A DNA stretch of 62,831 bases, counting the filler, from Sphaeroforma arctica JP610 (taxonomy: Eukaryota): NCBI RefSeq assembly GCF_001186125.1. It is 6 parts of one record of this genome, joined end to end, with 100 filler letters (N's around TTAATTAATTAA, not from the genome) between each part and the next. Parts side by side here need not be neighbours in the genome. Positions count along the whole stretch, not along the records: positions 24,931 to 47,647 come from NW_014040547.1; positions 47,748 to 54,075 come from NW_014040547.1; positions 54,176 to 62,831 come from NW_014040547.1; 3 more parts are not named here. One strand, written 5' to 3'. The position numbers and the translations under genes were made by a program. This document shows positions 41,301-54,521 of this stretch, piece by piece. Under the pieces are notes generated by a model that was not told the origin of the DNA, searched no databases, and was given only the letters and a program-made list of their open reading frames with translations. Every line of letters starts with the position of its first letter. The stretch's first letter is position 1.

Positions 41301-43870
41301 GAGGCGTGCTTCAAGACCTTGATGAGGCCGCAGAGTAGTACGAACGCGCCGGAGCGATGGGTGCCGTGAGTGCATACACTACTCTTGGTGAACTGTACAT
41401 ATACGAATTGAAGGTGACTGAGAAGGCTTACGCCGCGCTGAAGAAAGCTTCCATTAGTGGCATAGATAGAATTAGAATTGGAATTGAAGGTATGCATTTT
41501 TATTGTATGAGTATGTGGTACAGTATGGCATTGCTATTCGGATACAATACGTATAGTCTCATCCAGTGCATGTTTACGATTTTGAACCAGCGACTCTTTA
41601 TATACGCAGCTTACAGACCTACGCGCTATCTTAACCTTTGCAAATCATTAACACTTCAGGGTAAGTCGAGCGTTGTATTTGCTTATAGCGGATATGGCTG
41701 TGAGCGCGATCCGAAAGAGGCCAGACGCATATTTCAGCGCTATAAAAAATTCGCCAGCTGGTACTCTACAAGCTTTCCAGATACTGAAATAGGCATGGGT
41801 TCGACAGTATGTTCGTACGAGAAAGAATCTAAACTTTCTATTCAAGGCCTTTCTATGGAAGAACGCAACACTCGTTACTTGCGATATTTCATGGACACTT
41901 GTACACCCTCTGCTGAGGCTGAAAGCGATGTCAGCACATTGCCTGACGAGAAAGTAGAGATGTTGAACCATTTGCGGAAATCTTTAAAGAGTACGGCGAC
42001 GCATAAACAGCCCACTATGAAGCCCATTGTGACTACCACTGGTGATACGACGCTGGAGTGTATAAGAATGCGGGCAAAGGCAGGATTTTGTGGGGCGCAA
42101 GACTATATGAAAGCTGTTGAGTTGAGCAACCGAGTTCTCGACCGCTTGATGAGTATGTGAGAAAGTAGCGTTTCATGCTTGAGTGTGTATTCACATTGTC
42201 ACGCTTCCGAAGTCTGATGCTGTTACATATATCCTCCATGATGGATTCCCACATATCTCGCTTATGTAGTTCAGTTTTAACCATATGGGGATGGGGTACT
42301 ATCTTATGTCGCGGTTTCTTTACAATTGTTTTCTTATCTTTGGTGAGTTTTATCGTCGTCGTCCGCTGCGTTAACCGTTATCTACATATTTTAGCTGACT
42401 TTTGAACTTTTTGTTCATTGCTCGTTCACCAGCTACCAGAGCTCAGGACGCTGACGAATGTTTGGCTGATTTGCGAGAGGTTACCAGGCTCTCCGATATA
42501 TTGCCGTTTTCAGCGAATGAGATCAGAATGACTACGCGGGTCGCTATGAAACGTCTGGACGAGGTAAGTGTATATGATGTTGTCAACTATACCCTTGCCA
42601 ATTATATACTACAGGATAAATGTACGTAAAAGTTATATATTGAGGAGAGTCACTCTTGCAACATTCACCCATTTCTTGTTCCATCCGCGTATTCATCGCA
42701 ACTGTTTCGTGAAATACTCTTACCATTTTGAGGTACTTGTTCCGCTCAGTAGGTTTTTTAACCAGATCAGTACATACAAGTCACTCACATTATGCTTGTG
42801 CTAATATTCAACAGGAGAATTGGATGCACGCAGACACTTCCTTTTATCTGGTACGAAACATCAACCCCATCCCCAGTATTCGGGAGATGGTAGATAGGCT
42901 CTCATACTTGGTGGAACTCCATCCCGAAGATGCTGATATTACACGTCTACTTGGTCGTGCGTATAAATTTGCTGGCATCTTTCATCTGTCTTCTTCGTTC
43001 TTCTGTCGTGCCTTGGAGCTAGAATCCGATCGCACGGACTTGTACTACAAGTTGGGAGCTGGTAAGCATAATTTTGTAAAGAGTACACCGGAGTGTTTGT
43101 AGTTTTATGCTATCAGTTTTATATTCGGAGTGGGACATCATCTTGAAGAGTATTTGGTCGTACTGAAAGCGAACCATTTATTTTTCAAACTAGGTATGCA
43201 GATTTGTATATCGTTGGTTGAAATCCATTTTCATTTTTTTTCCAATATGAAATGGTATATGCATTGAAAACATACCAGATGCTGGTTCTAATTCCACTGA
43301 AGAAATTTGGACTTGTACCCGATGCTCGCGGAACGAGCCGAAACTGAGTAGTTTATTGTATAACCAACACAGCAAATGGGAAAATCAAATCTCTGTTTCA
43401 AGACTACTAGTGGAAGGCACTAATCATTTTGTGGTTCACAATGCAGCCTACCGATTGCGTGCCGATAAAACTCAAGAAGCGATCGACGCCTTTGTGCGGT
43501 TCATCAAGGACAGTCCTTCTGATCACAGAATGATGGCAAATGCACACTACTCTTTGGGTTTTCTACATCTACAACTGCCTAAAGATATCCAGAATGCTAA
43601 GAAACAGTATCAGAAAGGCAGCCTCCAATTGATGAATTGTTTCTACCGAAATGGGTGCTACAAACACTGGCTTGAATGAAGTGGCATAAGTCGGTGGTTC
43701 ACAATCTGGGTATTGTGCCAAGTCTTCAGACGAAGAAGAGGATCTGTATAGTGTGCGGCGTAGAAAACTCTAGGCGGTGCTGCCCGGGTGTCTTCTATTG
43801 CAATGTCGCATGCCAGAAGAAGAATAAAAATATTTACAAACTCGTTTGTCCACGAGGAGTGAAAAATTGA
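38391..43870 (+). pseudogene. TPR + Sel1-like repeats + TPR + MYND zinc-finger gene, disabled
   Basis: TPR exons (YKEIGNAHYSRKEYAEAIQVYTTAL 38771-38927; ALYSNRALCAMLLGRYELAREDAEDAI 39203-39459). Sel1 repeats (AEAENRLGNTY..GVDQDYHKVFEYY..SAEHG..GMNNLG, ~40110-40820). C-terminal CIVCG..RCCPGVFYCNVACQ..YKLVC. In-frame stops TGA 40639, TGA 41288, TAG 41336, TGA 43673, plus apparent frameshifts near 40782 and 43620. Confidence 0.8.
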
Positions 43871-45469
43871 TTCAATTTCGGCGTGCGGTGCTACAATTGA
43901 AGACCTTCTTGCAGCCCATCACTCTCCGAGTGCACTCTGCACCCGCGAATATATATATTACTAAGACACGACTGAATCCAAATTCGAAAACATATAATCT
44001 ACAGTTTAAAGCGGATATTTTGCATCGTACTTCTAGTTTGAAGTCATTTTATGAGTCAGACCATCTTCCGAGGTCGAGGAATACAGTCAATCAAACAAAG
44101 CAATTGTCAGTGAGTAAGAAGGTTGAAATGATATCCTCGTCGTTTGACACGCGTAAACATGAGTCCGTCCTTCTGCGCAGTGGAAACACTAGATTTGAAA
44201 ATGAGCATCAGAAACCCCTTCGCTGGGTTTTTGCACGATGTGGCACTTCCTCAATCCTCACCGACAATATTCGAGTGGAAATAGGACGAATTTTGGCGCC
44301 AGAATGTGAGTCATTGTATTGTCGGATGGGCAGTTCTTTCCAATTATGTCCACGTACTTAGAAGTCGTGCATTGGTATGGTCAGCTTGACGAATATAACC
44401 GAAATGAGTTCATACGCACTAATCAATATAATTCAATACATCATGAGATGACTGGGCTTCGCGATTCCTGAAATTTGATTTTATTGTCAAGTTATGTTAT
44501 ATTGAATTATAGTATTACTTCAGATGAACTCACTATTGGATAGTCCTGAAAGAATATACACGCAAAATCTTTCTAGTAGTATGGTCGTTACCGAATATAT
44601 GACTGATTGCGTACACATTAAACTCGGACTAGTCCTCGAAAAACTGCAAACATTCAAACCATAGCATTGAAGCACACTACTAGCATATGGTGAGCGTACG
44701 CTTTGCGCGAAAGAGCACGTCTCCTTTGCTATAAGTGTTCGTCTGCCATAGATCGCTAGAAGCGTACCTTTTGCTTGCGGCTTCTGGTTAGAGTAAAGGG
44801 CGAGAACCAAATGTGAGGCAAATCCACATACCGAATACTCTCCGCCCTGTCAGCTTGAAGGGAGGCAAACAACGTTTGATGCTGATTATTTGATACACGA
44901 CATAACACATAAAAATGTTAACATACCGATCGTATGGTGTAGTAAAAGATGATGTGCGGAATTAAGGGTATTTGATGACTCAAAATCCACAATGTGAAGA
45001 AACCGCTCACCATGAACACACACACAATGAGGAAAAGCGTTTAAAAACTTGAAACCCCCGGGCTGAGCACTTATAAATTGGTACACATAAGCGACATCGA
45101 CCAAGGTATCTATTTGATGCAGACCCTTGCTTGATCATTCGAACGGTATATTAAGGTTCCAAAAATGAAAAAGGTTTCGGCATCATCAACGTATATTCAG
45201 TTCTCGTCAGTATGATTACCGAAGTGCTAGGCGCAAATAAGTAGAACCGAAACACTGACTTCTAGTTGGACCAATCCCTTCCCTGAACATTTGAATAGTT
45301 CAAAACACACATCACACATGATCAAAAAAAAAACACGGACCCTGTACAACCCCTCCCTTGTGCAGTTCCCTGATAGTAATAAAAATAAAAAAAGTTGTAA
45401 ATCTACACGCACGCAATGCATAGCTGAACAATCGCTATGCACGATCCCGTGGCAATATCACACGCATAA

Positions 45470-47040
45470 AGGTCAATCCAAAAAAAAAAACATAGGCAGC
45501 AACGCATCTTATTCCAAAAAAGCGACCCGTAGATAAAGATCCGTAGCTATAGCAAACCGTCAACAGATCAATCGACTATTATGAACACATACGCAAGACT
45601 TGGCATTGTCGGACTCGCTGACTTCCCAGAACAAACTTCACACAGCTCACAATTCGTCTTTGGCAGACCCACTTTGGTAAGAGATCGGGAATCACTCAAT
45701 CCTGAATTCGATATCCGGGTCTCTGTTTCCATCCCTCCGCTCGGCCACGGGGTCATTTGGATCTCTGCCAGTGACTTCGTCTTGATTTAGCGCTGTAAGT
45801 TGTATTTCACGAACAATGCAAAATGCGATACTAGTTTCGAATGTGTGAATATGTGTGGAAAATTTGGAGCACCTATAGCTATTACAGCGAGAACAAGCAT
45901 AAAGTTCCCATGATTATGGAATAGTGATGGTGTATATATGCACATTCAAACTTCGGTCATCAGCCTGGTTCACTTTGGTAACATTGCTGTTTGACAGTTG
46001 GCTATCCATCCACTTTAGCACTGATTTGCATCGCTGCATCAATAACTACCAACTACCCCCTTTAATTCTGCAGTGTATTTTGCTAGACGCGAGTTTGTGG
46101 TCGAGGAACAGAGAGTGCCAAAAATGGCGTGCAACATGGCCACAGCTGCACAACACATGCATGTGGCAGATACAAATTTTTACATGGAATTGCAGCTCAG
46201 GAAGAGCATGCGCATATTTGTATCAGAATATCAACTGCACACGGGGGGGGGGGGAGGGGGGGCTGTCTAAATACGACATGACATACCGTAGAAATATATC
46301 TTTGGAACATTGTGTCGAACTGTACACGTTGACATTCTTCAGTTAAAATACGGAGAACAGAATATAACTCAACACAATCTGATGACTCGTATTACAACCT
46401 ACGAAGTCACACATGTATACGGGGATGTACGAGCCACACACCCGCTGGCACTAAAACAAAGTTATAGGTGTGCACAAACAGCACGAAGGACATTCAAGAG
46501 TGTTTGACCAACGGAAAAGGTATGCACACTCGCATATATTGACGCCTGAAAAACAGGCAGACACACCTGAGGTGTGGTAGCTGATTTCTCACCCATGCCC
46601 AGCGTATCCGTCGCAATCACGTTGATCTTTGTAGTTGTAAACACTATACCATCCGCATTCGCTCTCATGTTGTGAGTGTGATTGCCTATGCCCAACACTA
46701 GTTGGCAGTGTACTGGGGTGCGTGCCTGTTTGTGTTTGTATTTGGGTTTTCGGCTGAGTCTCACCTTGTAATGCGCACCTGATATGCCCACTGGTCCCAC
46801 ACTTTGCCTTCTGCCGTACCTACTGAGTCGCGTGATAGACGCAAGTGTCTCCAGTTCGACCGTATCTCCCTCGCTGTCGGCATTAGTCTTCTCTGCTGTG
46901 TGCATAGGGATACCATTGGCTATTTGCGTAAGTATGTCTTCAGCTGTGTAAGCCCCTTTTCTCTCTCTCATTTGGCCTTCTTTCTCTATTGCTGTACGCA
47001 CCCACATTCGTGTCTGCGACGGCCTTTGTTCCCTTCTCAT
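45470..47040 (-). pseudogene. Decayed exons of an unidentified gene
   Basis: The 192-aa ORF 46462-47040 has a CAG|gtgtgt donor near 46566. An exon-like segment after acceptor cttacag (45793) reads protein-like but carries four in-frame TGAs. Confidence 0.35.
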
Positions 47041-47588
47041 TTAAATATACTTTTGACGAAATGTGTCAACACCTGAAGAATAGTCTATGGCGACCCCTCA
47101 CCTATTTTTTGCCCTTGCCACAATGCTAAGCATATTTGTATGTTGTCCGCTTGCAAGTCCTTCGGACACACTTTTTTAAACTATCAGTGCCACATAACGC
47201 TGGCGTAAGGACTTGTTTGAAAGTAGCCACAAATTTCTTTGTGGTTATGTGCACGTGTGCCCTGCTAGTGTAATATAGCGTATATTCAGAATGTTGACAT
47301 CGTTCTCCTGGTCTAAAGATACATCCATATGTGTAGTATCGCGAACTTGCTTCTGTATGTCCGTGCCTGATAACAGGGCAAACCTGTTTTCTGCGAAGTT
47401 AACCACATTTTAGTTGTGTGAGTGGGTGAGCAATCCGTTCAATCCTCAGAATTCGACCCACTCCTATCGCCATTATACAGCTGTACAAGGGAGTCTGTCA
47501 GTGTGTTTCGAGCATTGCTTCTTGTATACCAGTGTCGTTACTCGATGTTTCCAGCTTGTGTGTGTGTATATCCTCTCTGATATATATA

Positions 47589-47647
<59 letters not shown>

Positions 47648-47955
47648 NNNNNNNNNNNNNNNNNNNNNNNNNNNNNNNNNNNNNNNNNNNNTTAATTAAT
47701 TAANNNNNNNNNNNNNNNNNNNNNNNNNNNNNNNNNNNNNNNNNNNNTGTGTGTGTTGCTTAAACGTTATACAAATACTTTCGCATCCCTCACAAGACGT
47801 GCGACGCGGAGATCTCTTGCAACTTCTATATAGGTAGGTATCCCATTAAAAGTACTCTAAACGCTAATAAAATAGCACCCGACACACACCCCAACAACCC
47901 AGGGCAAATGAGAGTGCAGGGCAGTGGGGGAGACAGAAGGACCGAACTGTGGTAC

Positions 47956-49104
47956 CTGGCTTGGAGGTGTACTTAGCCAAGAGCTGCAACACCTCTTCGT
48001 AGGTGATGTAACTCTGGAAACCCGGATGGTCATTGGAGATCAGTCGCCAGTTGGTGATGATGCGATCCCACGGCTGCGGGGGATGACGGGTCAGACAGAG
48101 ACACAGGCATGAGGTTAGAGATGAATACAGGCACACAGGCATGAGGTTAGAGATGAATACACATGGCAAGTGGTAAAGACGATGTGTATGGAGATGAAGG
48201 GTATGAAGATGGGTATCTACATAGAGATGGATATAACGACAGGCATATATTTAGAGATGGATGGCATCAGGATATGAGGACACAGAACGAATGCACAAGT
48301 CAATTGTCGGCAACGGAGAGAGTTGACATTCAACACCACTAACTACCACACCACACACCACACCACACAACACATACACATACACATACCACACCACACC
48401 ACACAACACACAACACATACACACACCACATAACACACACCACACACCACACACCTGAAACAGCCTCGTGAACACATCGAACTCAAACCACGACACGCGG
48501 CCGTTGTCGGTGATGTCAATAGACGACTTGAGCTGTTGGATTTCGCTCGGTTCAATGGGATACGATTTGAGCAACGCGTTGATGAACTCCATACAGCTCA
48601 CTGAGTGCTTCTCCGGGAACTCCGCCTTCCACCAGTCGAACGCTTGGGCCTTGGTGACTTCGAAACGTTTCTCTCTCAGTCCATTCGGGTAGACGTGTTT
48701 CATATCTGCAGCAGTGCGTGAGAGTGTGCGCGAGAGGGGCTCTATCAGTGCACATGCGCAAATGCCAGCAAAGCCAGGCTACAGCTTACTAGAATAGTTT
48801 ATCAGTGACATTAGACACACACACACACACATGCACACATGCACACACGCACAGTACAGGTCTCAGCCGGTACATAGATAGCCACGACGGCGCAATACAC
48901 AATCGACATAGCCAGAGCGCTCACAAGTGTGCGGTCCTACTAATCATGCAATGCAGAGGTCTCGCAATACTTATGCGTATATATATATATATATATATAT
49001 ATTCATATCTAGATTGATATAAATATATATATATATTATACATATATGAGAGTATATGAATATATATATATACACTTTATATATAAATATCTATATCTAT
49101 ATCT

Positions 49105-49157
<53 letters not shown>

Positions 49158-50295
49158 CATACACAAACATATACATATACATATGACTGTAGGTGAGTGC
49201 AACACCTCATGCACCCACATACCTTGGTAGGTATTGGACAGAATGATGGTCATGTATACGAACAGTTGCCGCTCGGCTGATTCTGGTACGTCCGCTTTCT
49301 TTGTCTGCAAAACCACATCGAGCAAACAACAACCGCAAGTGACAAGTGACGGAACGTTAGCTATGAGGTTAATGAGACGATAGCCATGAGGTTAATGAGA
49401 CGTTAGCTATGAGGCTAATGAGACGTTAGCTATGAGATTAATGAGACGTTAGCTATGAGGCTAAAGAGACGATAGCCATGAGGTTAATGAGACGTTAGCT
49501 ATGAGATTAATGAGACGTTAGCTATGAGATTAATGAGACGTTAGCTATGAGGTTAATGAGACGATAGCTATGAAGTTAATGAGACATTAGCTATGAGGTT
49601 TATGAGACGTTAGCTATGAGGTTAATGAGACGTTAGCCATGAGGTTAATGAGACGTTAGTTATGAGGTTAATGAGACGTTAGCTATGAGGTTAATGAGAC
49701 GTTAGCTATGAGGTTAATGAGACGTTAGCTATGATGTTAGTGACATGTTAGATCATGCTGTGACATGCACGTGCAGCGCGCTATAAACTGCAGTACGCGC
49801 ACTACGGATGCCGTACAGAAATGACTACCAAGCATGGCCTATGCACTGATGGTGTATGTGGGAAGTACACACATAGGGAATACATAGTCAATACATAGTC
49901 AATATATAGTTAATGCATAGTAAATACGTAGTCAAAACATAATGGGACATCGCTTATGACAACTGCTACAAATGCAGCGAACGACAAGTCACAGGACGTA
50001 CAGTCGACATAATGAGCAAGACACAAATAATCGCAACACTCAGTGACTGAACCGATATTTGGTTAACAGTTTCTAAGAAAAGTGCACCTGGGAAGATCAA
50101 GCGCCAGTGGGTGGTAAAACCCACAGCACACATACATAGACACAGATAGAGGTAGACAGACACAGACACAGACAAACACATAGACACACACACAAACACA
50201 TAGACACAGATAGAGATAAACAGACACAGACACAGACAAAGACAAAGACGCACACACACACACATAGACAGATATATATATATAAATATACACAG

Positions 50296-50333
<38 letters not shown>

Positions 50334-53309
50334 TTATATGTATATCTCTATTTCTATATATATCTATACATATATTAATACATATACATATACATATACA
50401 TAGATATATATAGACATAGATAGATATAGATATAAATACAGATATAGATATAGATATATATATATACGCATATACTGAGTCAGAGAACTGGTAATAGCAC
50501 AAATCAAAACCTGGCCACCTACTCCTAATAATTGTAGTAGCGTGTCGCATTTGGCACTGAGGCTCTTGAGAGTGGCATGCACCCAGTCATCCGCCTCGAG
50601 ATCAGCGATGGGCGTCACTTCACACATGCTGATTAGTTGTTTCCTAATAAACAACGCTGTTATGATTAAGGATGTTTTATATTAGTATCCTACACATGCT
50701 GATTAATTGTTTCCTAATAAACGACGCTGTTACGATGGCAACAACACACATACATCTCAAGGACAACAACACACATACATCTCAAGGACAACAACACACA
50801 TACATCTCAAGGACAACAACACACATACATCTCAAGGACAACACACACACATTAAAACATTCTACATATGTGTAATCTATACAGCAAGTCACGTATATGG
50901 CATGCACAACCACATACCTATATCTGGCGTGTAGGGTGGACTGGTGGGCATGTTGAGATAGCGGGCTTTCCTCATAATCACACTCAGATCGCTCTCGATT
51001 TTGACTCTGCAGTGCACCACATGTCCAAAAGCCAAAGTTTAGGACAGAGTAAACAGCAGAACAAGATGGGTCAGAAGGGAACAGAAAAGGAATTGCTTTA
51101 AATGGGATAGGCGGGAACACTAAGGAATTGTTATAGACTGCGTGCTATATATAAACTTAAATGGGAGGAGGAAATTGGGATGCACACCAGAACATGAAAA
51201 GAAAATGAGCGGAAAGGAAGAAAAAGAAAAAAGAAAAAGAAAAAGTGGAGCAGCCAGGAACAAGGATAGCCCACACAACAAACACAAACAGGCGACAAGA
51301 AACGCGCAAAGGCAACAGCACACACACCTGTGCACATGATCACATTCTGGATTCCCAAGCTACACAGCCAGCACAACCAACGACAGAGTGCACACACCAG
51401 CGCAACGACTAAACCACACGTGAGAGGTACATAGAATAAGACAAATATACGTGTAGCACACGTGGAACCTTTACTTTTGCACTGTGATGGGTTCTTATAT
51501 ATATATATATATTTATTTATATAAATAGAAATATTGATATAAGTATATACACACATATATACACATGTGTGTCATACGTCGACACGCTTACTTTTGTGCA
51601 GTGATGGGTTCCTTCTGGCTGGTTTCTGCGCCTGGTCTTGGTGAGACAGGCATCCTAAAGTTGGCTCCTGAGAGTATTGTCAGGCAATGGAGTATACGAA
51701 TGAGCAATTACAGTGTGTACGCTCTGAGTAAAGTGAGCTGGACACTGGTGCAAACATGCGAAACCTAAAACCCTAAATACACACGCACAAACAAGACCAC
51801 ACCTACACATAAACATCCACGTAAACGAAATGATATAGGAAACTAAACAGACACATACACATAGTGATAAAGGAAATTAAACATACACATACACGAAGTG
51901 ATAAAGGGAAGGGTTCTGGTTTTCTAAACCCTAACCCTGAACCCTAAATCGAAGTGACAACGAAAAGCAAGCTAAGCGTAAGCCATAACAGAAACCAAAC
52001 GGAGCAATACAACCAAAAAAAAAAAAGAAGAAAAGGAACAGCTATCAAGGATAGACAAATATCAGAATGGACAAGCAACAGATTATAACGGTATCACGCA
52101 CACGCATGGGCAACCCCACACTCACCAGCGCTGTTAAGGAACAATGTGGATGTGTGTACAACCACGCATGCACATTCAAGAACTATACTTGTCTATTCAA
52201 GGACTATACTTGTCTATTCAAGAACTATGCTTGTCTTTGCAAGAACTATATTTGTCTGTGCTTACGGCCGAAATAGCCGTTGATCTAGAGAGAGACGGGA
52301 CAGTCATACAGACAATCGGTAGCATCACCATATACACAGCCATCAAAGCTATACTACTACACGGAACGGGCACACGCTAATGCTAAATAGAAACCCAAAG
52401 TATAGAGCTTATGTATACATATGCACCTCCGTATATTGGGATGTATGTGCTTGCTAACATACATGGGAATGTACTGCTTCTCGGATAAAAGTTCAAACAA
52501 ACCACACATCCCTAACCCACCCTCTACACACACGCATACTGCCCACACACTATGCCACACACACAATATTTACACACTATACCACACACACTACACACTA
52601 CACACACACACACACACACACTACACTACAACCAACACACACACAGACACAGACACTACACTACAACCAACACACACACACAGAGCACTACACGTAAACA
52701 AACACACACACACACACACTACACACTACACACACTTTACGGAAACACACACACACAGACACAAACACTACCCACACACTGCAACCTACGTCCATTGCCC
52801 ACTGGGCTGTTGCTAGGCGACCGCCTAGGCCCACTTATAAAGATATTGTCGTCCTGGATAACCAGATTAGGCTCAGTGCCGTCTGTGGCTGTGCCGCGGG
52901 GGGTGGTTGTGGTGATGCTGATAGGAGCACTGCTTGACCCTAAACTGTTGGTCTCTCCTACACTGGCAGGGGCGCTAGACACATCGGATTCGGTGTCTGA
53001 GAGTGTGCGAGAGAGGTGTGGCTTTGATTTATGAGGATGGAGGCTACTCACACGTACGAGAGATACTTCTGGTAAGGTAGATATAGATATGAATGGGCTG
53101 CTTAGACAGAGAGAGAATGAAGATGTATACTTCATTATACGTGTGTGCAAGTTCAAGAGTATTTTATTTGTATAGATACATTTATATGCACAAACACACA
53201 CACATTAATATACACGAACACATACACATTTATCTACACATACATATACATATTCACACAGACACAGACACAGACACGCACACACACATATATACATATA
53301 CACATATAT

Positions 53310-53360
<51 letters not shown>

Positions 53361-53416
53361 CATACATAGACATAAGACATATATATATATATATATATAT
53401 ACATATACCTATACCT

Positions 53417-53447
<31 letters not shown>

Positions 53448-53707
53448 GATTTATGTATATATATATATATGCATACATACAGCTGCGTACCATTCCTATA
53501 CATGTACTCATGACTTTATAATATGAGCATATACATATAAATAGAAACAAAAATATATACATACATACATATACATGTACATATATACATTGAAATAAAC
53601 ATATATAAATATGTAGGTGAGCATGTACAGAAAAGTATATGATTATATAAATATATATGTATACCTGACAACATGCATACACACACAATCACACACACAC
53701 ATACACG

Positions 53708-53740
<33 letters not shown>

Positions 53741-54521
53741 GCATACATATACATACAGGTTTATATACAGATATATGTACATATATACAAACACACACAC
53801 AAACAAACACACACACATATACACACACAAACACACTCACACACACACACATATATATATATGTTAATATAGAAATATATCAATATATATATAAATAATC
53901 ATATACAAACAATCATACATACATACATAAATACATACAAACATATATATATATGTATAAACAAATAAACACAAACACACACACATACACACAAATATAT
54001 ATATATTAATATATAAATATATCAATATATATATATATATATATATATCATATAACAAACAACATACGTACATACNNNNNNNNNNNNNNNNNNNNNNNNN
54101 NNNNNNNNNNNNNNNNNNNTTAATTAATTAANNNNNNNNNNNNNNNNNNNNNNNNNNNNNNNNNNNNNNNNNNNNATACTATATTACCTTTATATTTGCA
54201 GAAGTATATTGATGATTGCATAAAGCTATGTATAGTGTACACACACGTGGAATATGTTTGCACAGTGTCATACTGGTGGGGACCTGTATATTGTTGCTGT
54301 ATAAAATACTGAACATCTAATTCAAAAATGACATCAAATATGTTATGTACTATTGTGGATTCCAAAGGAAAACCTATAATAGCCTGTACGATGGCTATCT
54401 CGCATTCAAAGAAATTCAAATATATGTTGTTGCAATACGCGCGCACAATATTACCTGTGTTTTGTTCGCTGACTCTCCGAAACGGATTTTTGAGCTTCAA
54501 CCTCTTCCCTATTTTATCCAT
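47956..54521 (-). CDS. CBL: Cbl-family protein, N-terminus and TKB domain (4-helix, EF-hand, start of SH2); remainder presumably in gap 47648-47747
   Basis: Phase-consistent exons 54455-54521, 52790-53068, 51592-51667, 50918-51006 ([13 protein letters not shown]), 50523-50656, 49223-49304, 48455-48705 ([39 protein letters not shown]) and 47956-48073 ([25 protein letters not shown]). These match Cbl SPPY, FEFDIFTRLFQPW and HPGYMAFLTYDEV. The first two exons are linked by phase only. Confidence 0.92.
49355..49740. repeat. Intronic 23-bp minisatellite, ~16 copies
   Basis: (GTTAGCTATGAGGTTAATGAGAC)n in a Cbl intron. Confidence 0.95.
50740..50845. repeat. Intronic ~25-bp tandem repeat, 4 copies
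   Basis: (ACAACAACACACATACATCTCAAGG)n. Confidence 0.9.

Noticed and set aside
40639..41338. Alternative genetic code or stop-codon readthrough in the Sel1 gene
   Set aside because: Both TGA and TAG occur together with frameshifts. Intact neighbours end in TAA (CSN8), TAG (MPDU1) and TGA (RFESD-like) and use TGG for Trp, so a pseudogene is simpler.
46462..47400. Possible C-terminal exons (RING, tail) of Cbl
   Set aside because: No SH2 FRLS, linker or C3HC4 RING motif in the frames I read, and the adjoining frames contain stops. The Cbl 3' end is more likely inside the gap.
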